A program made the position numbers and the translations under genes. The notes below the pieces were generated by a model that worked only from the letters and a program-made list of their open reading frames with translations, did not search any database and was not told the origin of the DNA. A stretch of 64,000 bases of DNA from Azolla caroliniana (Eukaryota; Plantae; Polypodiophyta): the NCBI GenBank assembly GCA_043228905.1, contig JBHGNT010000007.1:12276001-12340000 (forward strand). The letters run 5' to 3'. Shown in pieces: positions 1-12,033 of this stretch (positions within the stretch are counted from its first letter, which is position 1; every line of letters begins with the position of its first letter).

Positions 1-1461
1 GACTCCCGATGAGTTGCCGGCTCACACGCTTTGGTGCTGGAGTTTGCATCTAGTTTGAGATTGCGATCGAGCGAGGTTGCCGCAGATTTGCACTCAGCCA
101 TACTGAACTTGTATAACAAGTTGAGGATGTAGTGCCGTTGAGAGATCATGATTCTGGCCGGAGTCCGAATTACCTCGATGCTAAGGAAGTAGTGGAGCTC
201 CTTCATGTCCGTCATCTCGAACTTGTCGGAAAGGAGGGATTTGACCTTATTGATTTTGACGAGATGCTCACCTCCAATGACTAGGTCATCCACATATAAG
301 ATGATGACGATCGAAGTTGCGAAATCGCTTCGTATGTAGTGGGAGTTATCCGATTTTGACATACGGAAGCCGATTTGATGAAGATATTGCGTTATCTTCG
401 AATGCCAAGCACGCGGTGCTTGCTTGAGGCCGTAGAGTGGCTTCTTGAGTCGGCATACAACTTTTGGATGGGTGCTCGAGTTGAAGGCGGGTGGTTGTAT
501 CATGTACACCTCCTCTTCTAATTCGCCTTGTAGAAAGGCGTTCTTGACGTCCATTTGATGGAGGTGCCACCCTTTCGCCGCGACAAGCGCAATTACGGTC
601 CGTACCGTCGTCATCTTTGCCACCGGGGCAAAGGTCTCTTCGTAGTCAACTCCGTGCGTTTGTGCGTAGCCTTTCGCCACGAGTCGTGCTTTGTAGCGGT
701 TGACGAAACCGTCAACGTTGTACTTCACTTTGTAAATCCATCTACATCTGATCGCCTTTTTGTGTGGTGAGATGGGAACGAGATCCACGTCTCGTTCTTG
801 TGTAGTGCCTACATCTCCTCGCTCATGGCTTCGATCCATCGCGGATCCTTGGTTGCTTCGGAAAATGTTTCTGGCTCGCGTATTGTTGCCACCTTCATCA
901 TAAGGGCATAGTGATATGCCATGTAGTCATTGTAGCCGAATCAGTTGATCAGATTCTTTTCACGAGTGGAGCGACAGAGCTTTTCATTTGCAGAGATGAG
1001 GGCTTTCTTAGCTCCGATTGGTACATCGAAGCCATCGAACTCATTGTCGAGTGAGTGAGTCGACTCATCGTCGTCGAAGCGATCGTCTTCGTATTTCGAC
1101 ATTTTCGCCTTGGCTTTGTCCATCTTCGGGCTAGGCTGTGATGTGCTTTGATCGCTCGGGGGCTCTTGTGGCCCACTTAGCCTTGTGGTAATCGAGCTAT
1201 CTTCGAACATGTCTTCGAGGCGATCTCCACCTTCTCGCTCTTGTTCGACCGGTTTCGCATCGATCGGGGTCGAAGTCGGAATCTTCTCTGGTGCGTACCA
1301 GGATGCAGATTCGTCGAACACGACGTCTCGACTTACTCGAACTTTTCGGGTAGATGGGTTGTAGCATTTGTACCCCTTTTGTTCGAGTGAGTATCCTATG
1401 AGGATACATTTCTTCGACTTTGGATCTAGCTTTTGTCGCTTTTCGTCAGGTATGTGCACGT
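1..1461 (-). pseudogene. Copia C pol fragment (integrase C-terminal GKGY region and reverse transcriptase)
   Basis: KLDPKSKKCILIGYSLEQKGYKCYNP..VSRDVVFDES; downstream RT motifs (YGLKQA, YVDDL-like) broken by stops and frameshifts. Confidence 0.9.
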
Positions 1462-2116
1462 TGTCGTAGTGTAATTCACACACTACGTGAAAATTGCATT
1501 TTCATGTCCCATCGGATGGGATAAGGAGGAACCGGTAAGGAAAACCGGTGAGGATTGTTACGTGCATAGGGCAGGATTTCAACCCTGTACCTCCACGTAG
1601 GCAAACCTCAACCTTACCATTATACTAACTTATTCTAAGTGTTCTAGATATAGATTTAATACGTATAAGACCTTTTTTTACACCTACCTTTATTAAAAGG
1701 TAAGTCATGCATTTTTAGAATGCGTGAATATTTTATTTATAAGAAAAATGTACACCAATAAAAAATTACTCATGCACATTTAGTGTGCATGAACACTTTA
1801 GAAAAAGCATGAAGCTATGCTTAACCTCTTCCATCCTTATATAAGGAGAGAAAGATGTATGGTTATTGATTATTTTGCAAGGATTGATCAATCTAATATA
1901 TTCGTGGGATTCACGAGTTTATCATTAAAATTCTCTTTCTTACAATCCAAATATTGATTAAATACACTAAACACGTGGGATTCATAAGTTTTATTTCTTA
2001 CTTCTCTTTCTGCCTATTCACAACTAGCCTTATATTGTATTCTTCTTTCTCCTAGTCCAAAACCTCAGTGGTTCCCACCCGACTCACGCAATGATCCGGA
2101 GCCGAAAGGCATGACA
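1462..2116 (+). repeat. Gypsy A 5' LTR (655 bp)
   Basis: Direct repeat of 21521-22323 lacking about 150 bp of the CCGG repeat block. Confidence 0.93.
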
Positions 2117-2120
2117 CAAG

Positions 2121-2137
2121 TGGTGAACCCAATGTGA
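2121..2137 (+). promoter_or_regulatory. Primer binding site of A (tRNA-Trp-like)
   Basis: TGGTGAACCCAATGTGA, a decayed copy of the B site TGGTGAACCCGACGTGA; complementary to the recalled plant tRNA-Trp 3' end (TCACGTCGGGTTCACCA). Confidence 0.75.
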
Positions 2138-2729
2138 AACCGGGTGGCAAGGAGATGGAAAATCAACTGGGGCCTAATAACATGATGGCGATGTTTGAGC
2201 GGATGCTACAAGAACAACACGCGATGTCGGAGATTGCGGTGGCAATAGAGCGGCTTGTGCAACGGAACAGGCAATTCAATGGGAAAGACGTGTCGCAATA
2301 TTTGCGAGATTACAAGGCGGAAATGCTATAGTGCGGGATTTCGGAAGGACTGCAAGTGACATCCTTCAACTGGGTGGTGACCGACAGACTTCAAGGGAGT
2401 ACCCACAGGATATAGCAGCAAAATCCGACGTGGGAGGCATTTGAAGAGGCACTAAAGACTACGTTCGCCATCGAGGACTCCTCCAAGGCAACGAGGAGGG
2501 GATTCGAAGATTAGGTGGAAACACCGGATAAGGGGATGAAGGTCCTCGATGTGTTTTCGTCATTCGAAAGTCGGTTTGGGATGTTGTCCGTGAGAGATCA
2601 AGCTATCCTCACACCGGACAAAGTGATCATGTTCCTACGAGCCGTGGACATCCAGGACCAGAAAGATCTTGGAGTGCTTTTGGAGGACATGACCATTGAG
2701 AGTGGCCTCACTGAAACATGGGAAAGCGT

Positions 2730-3379
2730 TGTCGTGAAGAAAACCGTCCCTTAGCGCAATCGGTGCATAGCGCGCGTGAACCGGCTCTTCACGCGTGCGC
2801 GCCCTTTAATGTATATAATAGGGAATTAGGTACATAGGCATATCCGGGGGTAGTTAGATTCGGTAGGTAGGAAGTAAATGAGGGAGACGGATCCCTTCCT
2901 GAAGCTATAAAAGAGAGGGAGACGCGGGGGAGAAGGAATCGCGCATTGAGGAGGACGAAGTGTTGTCGAACCGTAACCGAACGCTTCTCCTCTGTTCATT
3001 CTCCATCGCTCTTCTCTACAAGATTTCGGGAGGCTCGCGTTGCTTCGAGGAACGCCCGTGTGCTTCCGGCAGCACCTCCATCCTATCCCGTTTCGTGCGC
3101 AGACGAATAGGCATCAACATTTGTTCGCCGGCCTGTTCGGTTGTAACCGCTCGCATGCTCTGTTGTTTTGTGTCATTTGTTAATATACAAACATTCGTGT
3201 CTCTCTATCTCTGTGTCCATTCGTGTTTTCTGCGTTGACGGGCCGTACCCCTGTGTTTCTTTGCTCATACGTAACCGGTCGTCTCTCTCTTTCTCTTTCC
3301 CCTCCTATCACCCGCTCTTCGGTTCAAGACCCCGGTGGTCCCGCCTCGTTTCTCCACGCACGCGCGTAGCAACGCGACA
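2730..3379 (+). repeat. Gypsy B 5' LTR
   Basis: TGTCGTGAAG...CGCGACA; near-identical to 9122-9771. Confidence 0.96.
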
Positions 3380-3383
3380 TATT

Positions 3384-3400
3384 TGGTGAACCCGACGTGA
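3384..3400 (+). promoter_or_regulatory. Primer binding site of B (tRNA-Trp-like)
   Basis: TGGTGAACCCGACGTGA, 4 nt after the LTR. Confidence 0.8.
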
Positions 3401-5551
3401 ACAAGGCGGCAAAGGAGCAGAAGATGAGGGGGTCAGATCTTGCAGAGGCCATGGCTTCGGCCGTGGACCGGATAGTGAGCGCGCGCGAGGGCACCAGCGC
3501 CCTTGACAGGGCTATTGAGGCGATCGTCGGTACGATCAATCGGTTCAGTGGAAAGGATGCCACGAGTTATTTGGCGTCCTACCGGGCGGAGATGTTGATG
3601 AGGGATATTCCGGAAGAGAGGCGTCTTGCCGGATTCCCTCGAGTGGCGATGCCGAGCATCCATGCGGAGGTGCTCGAGGTCCGGGCGGAGAGCCGGACCT
3701 GGGAGGAGTTCGAAGGACGGCTCCTGGAGAAATACGGGCTGGATGACGCGCTTCGACTTTCAAAGCAAGGCTTCATGGAGTGGGTGGAGTCCCCCAACAA
3801 AGGAAGAAATGCGTCGGTACTCCTCCGGGAGTTTGAGGAACGCTTTGCGCGCCTTTCGGCGCTCGATCGGACCGTTCTGGACACAAGTCGTGTCCTACTG
3901 TCTGTCAAATCGGTTGACGCACGGGATCGGGAGCAAGTGGGCTCCTTACTGGAAACCGAAGACGGGCTGACGGCTGACTGGGCAGCGGTAAAAAGAGTCT
4001 GCGGCTGTTTTGACAAAAGGTGGGAGTGGGCTGATACAGGGGCGACCGGGGCGGGTCCTGTCGCAACAAGGAAGCTCGAACCGATACCGCAGGCGCGACG
4101 GGAAGAGACCCGGGAGTGGCTCGAAACCGGTTCGGCTTCGATCGGCGTGGTCAGAGGCTTGTCCGGGGGGACAACTTTGGAGGAGTTGACACGGGCGGTA
4201 AAGGATCTCCAGATCGCCCAGGCTCGGAGGGAAGGTGGCGAACAAGCTCGTGACCGACGGCCTCCTGCAGGAAATAGGTGCATGTGGTGCGACGAGGTCG
4301 GCCACATCCGGAAAGACTGCGGGGACTTTGTGGAGGCTTTGAGAAGCCGGGTAGTGTACCTGTGGGAAGGTCGGGTGCACGCCAGCGATACTCAGAGGGT
4401 GCTGAACCGAAACGACGGGCGAGGAGGAATGAAAAGGCTGATGGAAGAGGCGGCGGCCCAGCACGCGGAGACCGTCCACTACTCGGCGTCGGCCGGTATT
4501 CGGGTCGGTGGCAGCGAGGCCCGGAAGGGGAGCAAAGCCGGGTTCTGGCCGACGGTGCTGGAAGGCCTCGCCGGTGCCCGAGTAAAGAAAGGCGAGGCGG
4601 ACCGCGCGGAGAAGCGGGTCCAGGAGGTAACCGGGTGGAGTGACCCGGTCGAAGAAAAGACGGGTTTCGTCGAAGCAGCTTGCCAGAACTACGAGGCTCT
4701 GGTTGAAGACAAACGGGTAGGAAAAACCGGAGGGGCCGGATCCTCACAAAGATACGAAACCCGATTTAGGCCGAAATAGAACGAGGCCGGTGAGACCAGT
4801 GCCCGGGATAACCACAAGAAGGGCGGATACTGGTTGGGCACGGAGATCGAAAGGACCATGGACCTACGAAAGGTCCTGGAAGAACGAATCCTCGATAGCA
4901 AGGTGGAACTATCGTTGCGGGAGGTGCTCAGGAATCGCCAAGAAGGAGTTCCACGACTCCATCGTAGACTTGGTGAAGAGGAAGAGGCTGTCGACGGAGA
5001 CAGAACTGGAAAGGCCGGTGGAGGTGCGGGCGACGCACATGGAGGACATGGCGATGGAAGACGAGTGGGCGGAGAGCCACTACTCAAGGCCACACTGGGC
5101 CCGAGCGACCACGGAAACCTCGATGAAGATCAGAGATGTTCAGGAACCGGTGGTGGTGCTGGTGGACCACGGTTCGGAAATAAACCTGATGTCCATGGAC
5201 TTCTACAAGAAGGGGAAATGGCCGATCAACACCAAGCACGGGTGGAAGATACGGGCGGCGACTTGTGCCACCGAGGAACTACACGGGGCCTGCCCAAACG
5301 TGCGAGTCAAGATCGGCGACGTCGAGATAGATCAACACTTCTTTGTGCAGGAGACGTCCTCGCACCCGGTCATACTGGGAGAACCGTACATTACGGCAGC
5401 GCGGATGGAGACCAAGGTGCTGGACAACGGGTCGGCTTACGCGAGGGTCAAGAGTCAGGACGGGCGTCATTCGGTCCAGTTCCTGACGGTGCGACCAAAC
5501 CACGAGCGAAACCGCGAGTCCCTCGGTGGCGAGAACCGAGAGGATTTTTAG
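3397..5551 (+). pseudogene. Gypsy B gag-protease ORF (premature stop at 4777-4779, frameshift near 4930)
   Basis: CMWCDEVGHIRKDC knuckle; LVDHGSEINL aspartic protease motif; natural stop TAG at 5549-5551. Confidence 0.88.
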
Positions 5552-5607
5552 AGAGGGTTGTCAAGGCGTGGGGCCACGACAGTCCGGACACTACGGGAAA
5601 ACCCCAC
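5542..5607 (+). promoter_or_regulatory. Predicted -1 ribosomal frameshift signal of B (G GAT TTT plus pseudoknot)
   Basis: Slippery heptamer 5542-5548, 6-nt spacer, stem 5555-5562/5578-5585, second stem 5568-5573/5602-5607. Confidence 0.7.
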
Positions 5608-8600
5608 AAATGTACGATAGAGGCGAAACCGAAGAATCCTTGTACCATAAGTAGGAAGTTTTGTTTCTCCGACAACGGAGGGTGTACGATAGTCGGCGTC
5701 GTTGGCCGAGAAAAGACAAGGGCGGAAGAGCGACTTCAGGCGTGCGGAGTTCTCGGGCCCAACGAGGAAATCAACAGAGCCGTGGAGGCGGTCTCCTTCG
5801 ACGATACCTTGGGAGTACTGCGAGAGGTGGTTGGAGAGGGCCTTAAAGAGGACCGGACGATACCGGTTTGTTCAGAAGAGATGTATGAAGTCATCACGGA
5901 CTTCAGTCGAGGGCTCGAGTCGGATCGGACGGCCCGGGTTAACACGAAGTACAAGACTATGGACCGGAAGGTAAGGCCAGTCGTGGCACCCTTACCGGAG
6001 GGCAGCGAGTTGCGAATCAAGGGGGTCGCATCGGACCCCAGTTTACGAGATCCGGCATGCATAGGACACGCCTTCATCGACAGAACGCTACGGGAGCTCA
6101 AAATTGGTGGGGGCGGGTTCCTACTGCCGGTGGAAGAAGACCGGTTTCGGAGAATGCTCGGAAGGCACGGGAAAGCCTTCGCATTCTCACCGGGAGAGAT
6201 CAGGTGCGTAGACCCGACAGTCGTGAAGCAGATGGTGATATTCACGGTACCGCATGTGCCGTGGAATCTCAAACCAATTCCGGTACCGAGAGCTCACATC
6301 CTGGAGCTGATGGAGCTGTTGAGGCAGAAAGTCGATATGGGCATCCTCGAACCATCGAGCGCCCCGTACTCGAACTGGTGGATTACTGTACCGAAGAAGA
6401 ACGGGACGTTGCGCTTCATTCAAGACCTGCAACCGGTCAACAGAGTGACCATTCGGAACGCAGGAATCGGATCAACGATAGGTGAGTTCGCAGAGGCCTT
6501 CGCCGGAAGGTTGATCTACTCGGTCGGTGATCTGTACTCGGGGTACGATCAGTTCCAACTAGCCGTAGAGAGCAGAGACATTACGATGATGCGGACTCCT
6601 CTCGGCCTAGTGCGAATGTGTACCCTGCCACAAGGAGGGACGAACTCGGTGGTCCACATGGTGAATGCGATGAACAAGGTGCTGAGGGATTGTATCCCGG
6701 ACATCACCATGCCATTCTTGGATGACATCCCGATCAAGGGATGTCCGGTGGAGGAAAAGGACGAAACGATCGGATCGGACGGATGCCGGAAATTCGTGGC
6801 GACACACATTCATGACTGCGAGAGGGTGCTGCAGAGGCTAGAGGACGCGAGGCTCACCTTCTCCTGGGAGAAATCGGCCTTCGGGCAATCAGAGATCATG
6901 GTCGTCGGACATCTATGCGGACCGTATGGCCGGAAACCGTCTCCGGCTAAGGTGGAAGCCATCTCCGCAATGAAGCCCGACTGTAACTCGGTCACGGAGG
7001 TACGGAGGTTCTTGGGAGCATGCGCGTTCTACTACATATGGATCCCGCATTACGCCCACGTTGCCAAGCCGCTATACGGGTTGCTGAAAAAGGGGCGAAA
7101 ATTCGAGTGGCGAGACGAGCATACGGAGTCGGTCTGAAAGATGAAGGAGGCTCTTGTTGCAGCTCCGGCACTCCAGAAGGCTGTCTATGAGAAAGGCACT
7201 CCCGTCTACATAACGGTAGATACGAGTCCGACCGGGATCGGATGGGTTGTGAACCAAGAAGATGAGGACGGCATTCGGTTCCCAATCCGGTTCGGTGCGA
7301 AGGTCCTCAACGAGCGACAGCGAGGATACGCCCAAGTTAAACGCGAACTCTGGGGTATTGTTTCGGCGGTGAAGGCCGATAAAGACTATCTGATCGGGAC
7401 GGAGGTGATTATCGAGACGGACTGCCTGCCGATTCTCGGCATGGTTTCCGGATGCGCAACCCCAGACCTGGCAATGCTCAAGTGGATAGCGTACATCAAG
7501 TCCCTGGATCCAGAAATACGACACATTTCCGGGAAAGACAATGCCGTGGCCGACATGCTTTCAAGGGCGCGATTCAACGACGAGGGCGGCATGGTTTCGG
7601 AGGACGAGGAAGTCGGCGTGGACTTCTTCGAGGTGGCTTACGTAACAACCGAGGGGGGGAGCACTCCAGCGCTTAACGATTTTAACGAGAGCAAGTACGA
7701 TGGGGAATGGCTGCAGATTGGAGGATTCTTAAGGACGATGACGCCGGACGCGTCATGGACAAAGGAAGAGGCCAACCGGATCTGGAAGAAAGCGTACCGA
7801 TTGTTTCTCCGGGACGAATACTTGTGGAAGCACCCGAACAAGAGAAACGACATCCCGCTCCGAGTAGTGGCGATGAAGGAGGAATAGGAGGAGTTACTGA
7901 AGGCCTACCACGACAGCCCCTGGGCTGGACACCGTGGAACGTGGGCCACGTTCGAGAAACTAAAGGGGAAGTACTGGTGGCCGGGACTGTACCGGGACGT
8001 GCATCGGTTCGTGACGACTTGTGAGAGCTGCCAGATACACTCCATAGTCCGACATCGGGACGAGCTTCACCCTACATACCCTCCGGCCATCCACTTCAAA
8101 TGGATGGTAGATTTGGTGACGATGCCGATGGGTGTAGGGTAGCTGCGATATCTGGTGCTGGCCCGGGAGGACCTGACGAACCAGGTGGAAGGCCGAGCCC
8201 TGCAGAACAAAACGACCGCGACCGTGTGTCGATTCCTGATCGAGGACGTGATATGCCGGTACGGGTGCGTCGAGAAGATCGTGGCTGACCGCGGGGAGTT
8301 GGACGCCGAAGAGGCCGAGGAGCTGTTCGACCGGTTAGGGGTCAAGCTCTCGCTCACCACAGTGTACAATCTGGAGGCGAACGGGAAGGTGGAGCGCGGA
8401 CACGGACCGATCATCAAAGCGTTAGTCCGGGCATGCGGAGGCCAAGTCGGGAACTGGCCACGACTGTTACCTTATGCCTTGTGGGCGGACAGGACAACAC
8501 ACAGTTCGGTAACCGGGTTCATGCCGTCAGAGCTCATGTTCGGACAGAAGCCGATCATGCCGATGGAACGGACGATCTCCTCTTGGGCGACAGTGGATTG

Positions 8601-9129
8601 GAGAGACGAGATGAGCCGGGAAGAACTGCTAGCGGCGCGTATACGACAGCTCGAGCGGAGGCTAGAGGACGTGGAACGAGCGGCGGAGAGACTTCGGACG
8701 GCGAGGATGAGGAACAAAGCCCGGTTCGACCGAACGCACCGGCTCCGACCAAAGAAAATCGAGGAAGGCGACTGGGTGCTAGTCTACAACAGCAGCCTCG
8801 ACAACCAGCACCGGGCAACACGGAAGTTTGCAAAGCGGTGGTTCGGGCCTTACGTGGTAACGAGCGCCAACGACAACAGGACGTATCACCTGGCGGAACT
8901 TGACGGTACGAGGATGGTGATATCAGTAGCAGGGAAGTGGATCAAAGCGTTCAAGAAGCGCCACGACGGCGAACCGGATCTAAGAGGCCTGGATAGTGAC
9001 GACGAACAGTCCGAAACGGAGGACGAACCGATGGACGAAGAACCGGAACTCGGACCGGTTTTCTCCAACCAGAGCACAATTTTGGCGCATACCGGTGGAT
9101 GCGCGGTTAGGTGGGGGCGGATGTCGTGA
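5542..9129 (+). pseudogene. Gypsy B pol (RT-RNase H-integrase), in the -1 frame relative to gag-PR
   Basis: LRFIQDLQPVN, LPQG, FLDD, VDTSPTGIGW, IETDC, VADRGE, NGKVERGH, WFGPY; a few in-frame stops. Confidence 0.92.
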
Positions 9130-9771
9130 AGAAAACCGTCCCTTAGCGCAATCGGTGCATAGCGCGCGTGAACTGGCTCTTCACGCGTGCGCGCCCTTTA
9201 ATGTATATAATAGGGAATTAGGTACATAGGCATATCCGGGGGTAGTTAGATTCGGTAGGTAGGAAGTAAATGAGGGAGACGGCTCCCTTCCTGAAGCTAT
9301 AAAAGAGAGGGAGACGCGGGGGAGAAGGAATCGCGCATTGAGGAGGACGAAGTGCTGTTGAACCGTAACGGAACGCTTCTCCTCTGTTCATTCTCCATCG
9401 CTCTTCTCTGCAGGATTTCGGGAGGCTCGCGCTGCTTCGAGGAACGCCCATGTGCTTCCGGCAGCACCTCCATCCTATCCCCTTTCGTGCGCAGACGAAC
9501 AGGCATCGGCATTTGTTCGTCAGCCTGTTCGGTTGTAACCGCTCGCGTGCTCTGTTGTTTTGTGTCATTTGTTAATATACAAACATTCGTGTCTCTCTGT
9601 CTCTGTCTCCATTCGTGTTTTCTGCGTTGGCGGGCCGTACCCCTGTGTTTCTTTGCTCATACGTAACCGGTCGTCTCTCTCTTTCTCTTTCCCCTCCTAT
9701 CACCTGCTCTTCGGTTCAAGACCCCGGTGGTCCCGCCTCGTTTCTCCACGCACGCGCGTAGCAACGCGACA
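9122..9771 (+). repeat. Gypsy B 3' LTR
   Basis: Direct repeat of 2730-3379. Confidence 0.96.
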
Positions 9772-10354
9772 GCGTGCGGGATATCGTCGCGCGATACACG
9801 AAGAGGGGGCAAATGGCCTGCTCGCGAAGAAAAGAGGGTTTCATAATCGATTCCGAAACCGAGATCCGAATTGGAAGACCATCAACCGAGGGTTCGGGAG
9901 ACTACGACCGAGAAGGGAATCAATGCAACCACGGTGGAGCAGTTGTTGAAAGAAATGGAGAATCTGAAAATCGCGATAGTAAAGAAGTCGGATGACCGTC
10001 CCACAAGCTCCAAGTATATGGACCGTCAGTGCATATGGTGCGATAACACCGAACATGATCGGAGGGATTGCGACGAGCACAAGGAGGCGTTACGACGAGA
10101 ACTTATCTACTACGAGGGAAATTGGATCCATTCGATGGACTCTCGGAAGCCACTCCGACTGAACTTCCGGAAAGGTGGCATGAAGAAGGTCCTCGAGGAG
10201 GAAATAGCGGCGAAAGGTAATTATGCGACAACCGCGGGAATAAGTGTGGGTGAGTCATCGGGAGTAAAGGCGTCTTTTGCGCCGGATGTGCTAGAAAACC
10301 CCAAGAAGACCGACTCCAATGAGATCCAAAGCACCGTGGAAGACAACCATGAAG

Positions 10355-11084
10355 TGTTGGGAGACAGGTCCCTCCAGATGGGAAGGGAGAAGAACAGTGC
10401 CGAAGAACAAACTAAACGGTATGAGGAGTACCTGGCTACGGAGAGCCGGATGATACAGTCCCGGTGAAGACCGGATGAGGAGTACCGGGCTACGGAGAGC
10501 CGGATGATACAGACCCGGTGAGGACCGGATGAGGAGTACCCGGCTACGGAGAGCCGGATGATACAGGCCCGGTGTGAACCGGATGAGGAGTACCCGTCTA
10601 CGGAGAGCCGGAAGGTGCAGAACCGGTGAGAACCGGAGGAAGAGACATATTCGTAAATATGTTTCTGAGGGCCCATCGAGGCTATATTTGTAAATAGCCG
10701 AAAAGTCATATTAGTATAAATATGACTTAGGGCAAACTTTTAGGTGTTGTCATTTTTCTGTTTTGCACGAGATCAGTGTGCGTAACTGTACAGAGAGAGA
10801 GAGAGAGAAAGAGGTCGTTGCCTCTGTTGTAACCGCCGCCTGTGGCGAAGATTTGTGAGCACTAGGTCGGTGCCTCAGTGAACTCACTGTTGTATATTTC
10901 TACATAGTGACAGTTTGCAGCCTGTGGGCTGCCGTGGTTTTTCCCCTAGTTTGGGGTTTTCCACGTAAACCTCCTGTGTATTCTCTCCTTCTTTGTGTCT
11001 CGTTTTATTTCCCGTGTTTTTGTGTATCATTCTAAGCTCGGTTGTGGCCGAGCGTCGCGCATAAGGAACGTTGGGTTCCCGACA
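10355..11084 (+). mobile_element. Copia solo LTR (D-related family) in the gag of A
   Basis: TG...CA termini, TSD TGAAG (10350-10354 / 11085-11089); homologous to D LTRs (TCTAAGCT.GGTTGTGGCCGAGCGT); internal tandem CCGGATGAGGAGTACC..GCTACGGAGAGCCGG units. Confidence 0.9.
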
Positions 11085-11969
11085 TGAAGCTACGGGATGG
11101 GAGTGCCCCGTTGATAGGAATAGCGTGTATGCCTTATGTCAATTGCATGAAGTGTATGTAGACGAGAAACGACGACACATGGATGATGCGGCCGAACCAT
11201 CGAAGACACCGGAAAGCTGGAACTCCGGAGGGAAGGGAAAAGAAAAGATGGTTCCGGCATTCAAGCTCACCTCGGACATCAAACAACAAACGGACTTGAA
11301 AAATGTGTTCGAGGAGAGAATCCTCGATAGCCGGGTAGAATTTTCGCTTCGGGAATTACTCGGAATAGCGAAGAAGGAGTTCCATGATCTTCTTGTGGAT
11401 CTCGTGAAGAGAAAAAGACGAAGTATAGAGGAAAATGCTCCAAGGGTGAATGCAAATACCGTTTTAATGAATGACACCGAATTGGAGGACGAAATTCCGA
11501 ACTCCCACTACACAAGGCCACACTAGGCACGTGCAACTACGGAGACTCCGGTCCGAATCGGCAACATCAAAGAGCCCGTGCTAGCATTGATTGATCACGG
11601 ATCGGAGATCAATTTGATGTCCAAGGAGTTCTACCGGAAGGGGAAGTGCCCTATAAGCACTAACCATGGCTGGAAGATCCGGGCAATCACTAAAGCAACG
11701 AAATATCTATTTGCGGCTTGTCCGGATATGAAGGTGAAGATCAGGGATGTCGAGATCGACCAAAATTTCTTCGTACAAGACGAGGTCTCACATTCTGTGA
11801 TCCTTGGGCAACCCTTTATCACGGCTTCATGAATGGAGACAAAGGTGCTCGATAGCGGTGCGGCTTTTGCATGAATTCGGAGCCAAAGCGGAGGGAAATC
11901 CGTCCAATTCCTAACTATGCCGACAAATCATGAAAGGAACAAGAGAGAGCTCTTGTCCCAAACAAGGAT

Positions 11970-12033
11970 GGATTTTTAGAGCGGACTGTTGTGGAGTGGG
12001 GAAGTGATAGTCTAAGAAGCCCTGATACCCTAC
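11970..12033 (+). promoter_or_regulatory. Predicted -1 ribosomal frameshift signal of A
   Basis: GGATTTT 11970-11976 then TAG; stems 11983-11990/12006-12013 and 11996-12001/12028-12033. Confidence 0.7.

Larger units (their letters stand above)
2730..9771 (+). mobile_element. Ty3/Gypsy element B, full length (7042 bp), inserted in the gag of A
   Basis: Two 650-bp LTRs, TSD GCGT (2726-2729 / 9772-9775), PBS 3384-3400, GGTGGGGGCGGA before the 3' LTR. Confidence 0.96.

Noticed and set aside
2749-3335. tRNA-like A box (TAGCGCAATCGG) and B box (GGTTCAAGACC) in the B LTR
   Set aside because: The boxes are about 570 bp apart, not tRNA spacing; too weak to call, though worth rechecking given A and F.
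3579-4747. Long antisense ORFs opposite B gag
   Set aside because: Expected in GC-rich coding DNA; not conserved in the homologous region of A.
4834-5541. Gly-rich N-terminal part of the 767-aa ORF as a novel domain
   Set aside because: It is the -1 frame overlapping the protease; a decay frameshift near 4930 links it to gag codons. Real pol sequence begins at the slip site.
10419-10640. Regularly spaced repeats resembling a CRISPR array
   Set aside because: No unique spacers, no cas genes, eukaryotic context; it lies inside an LTR.
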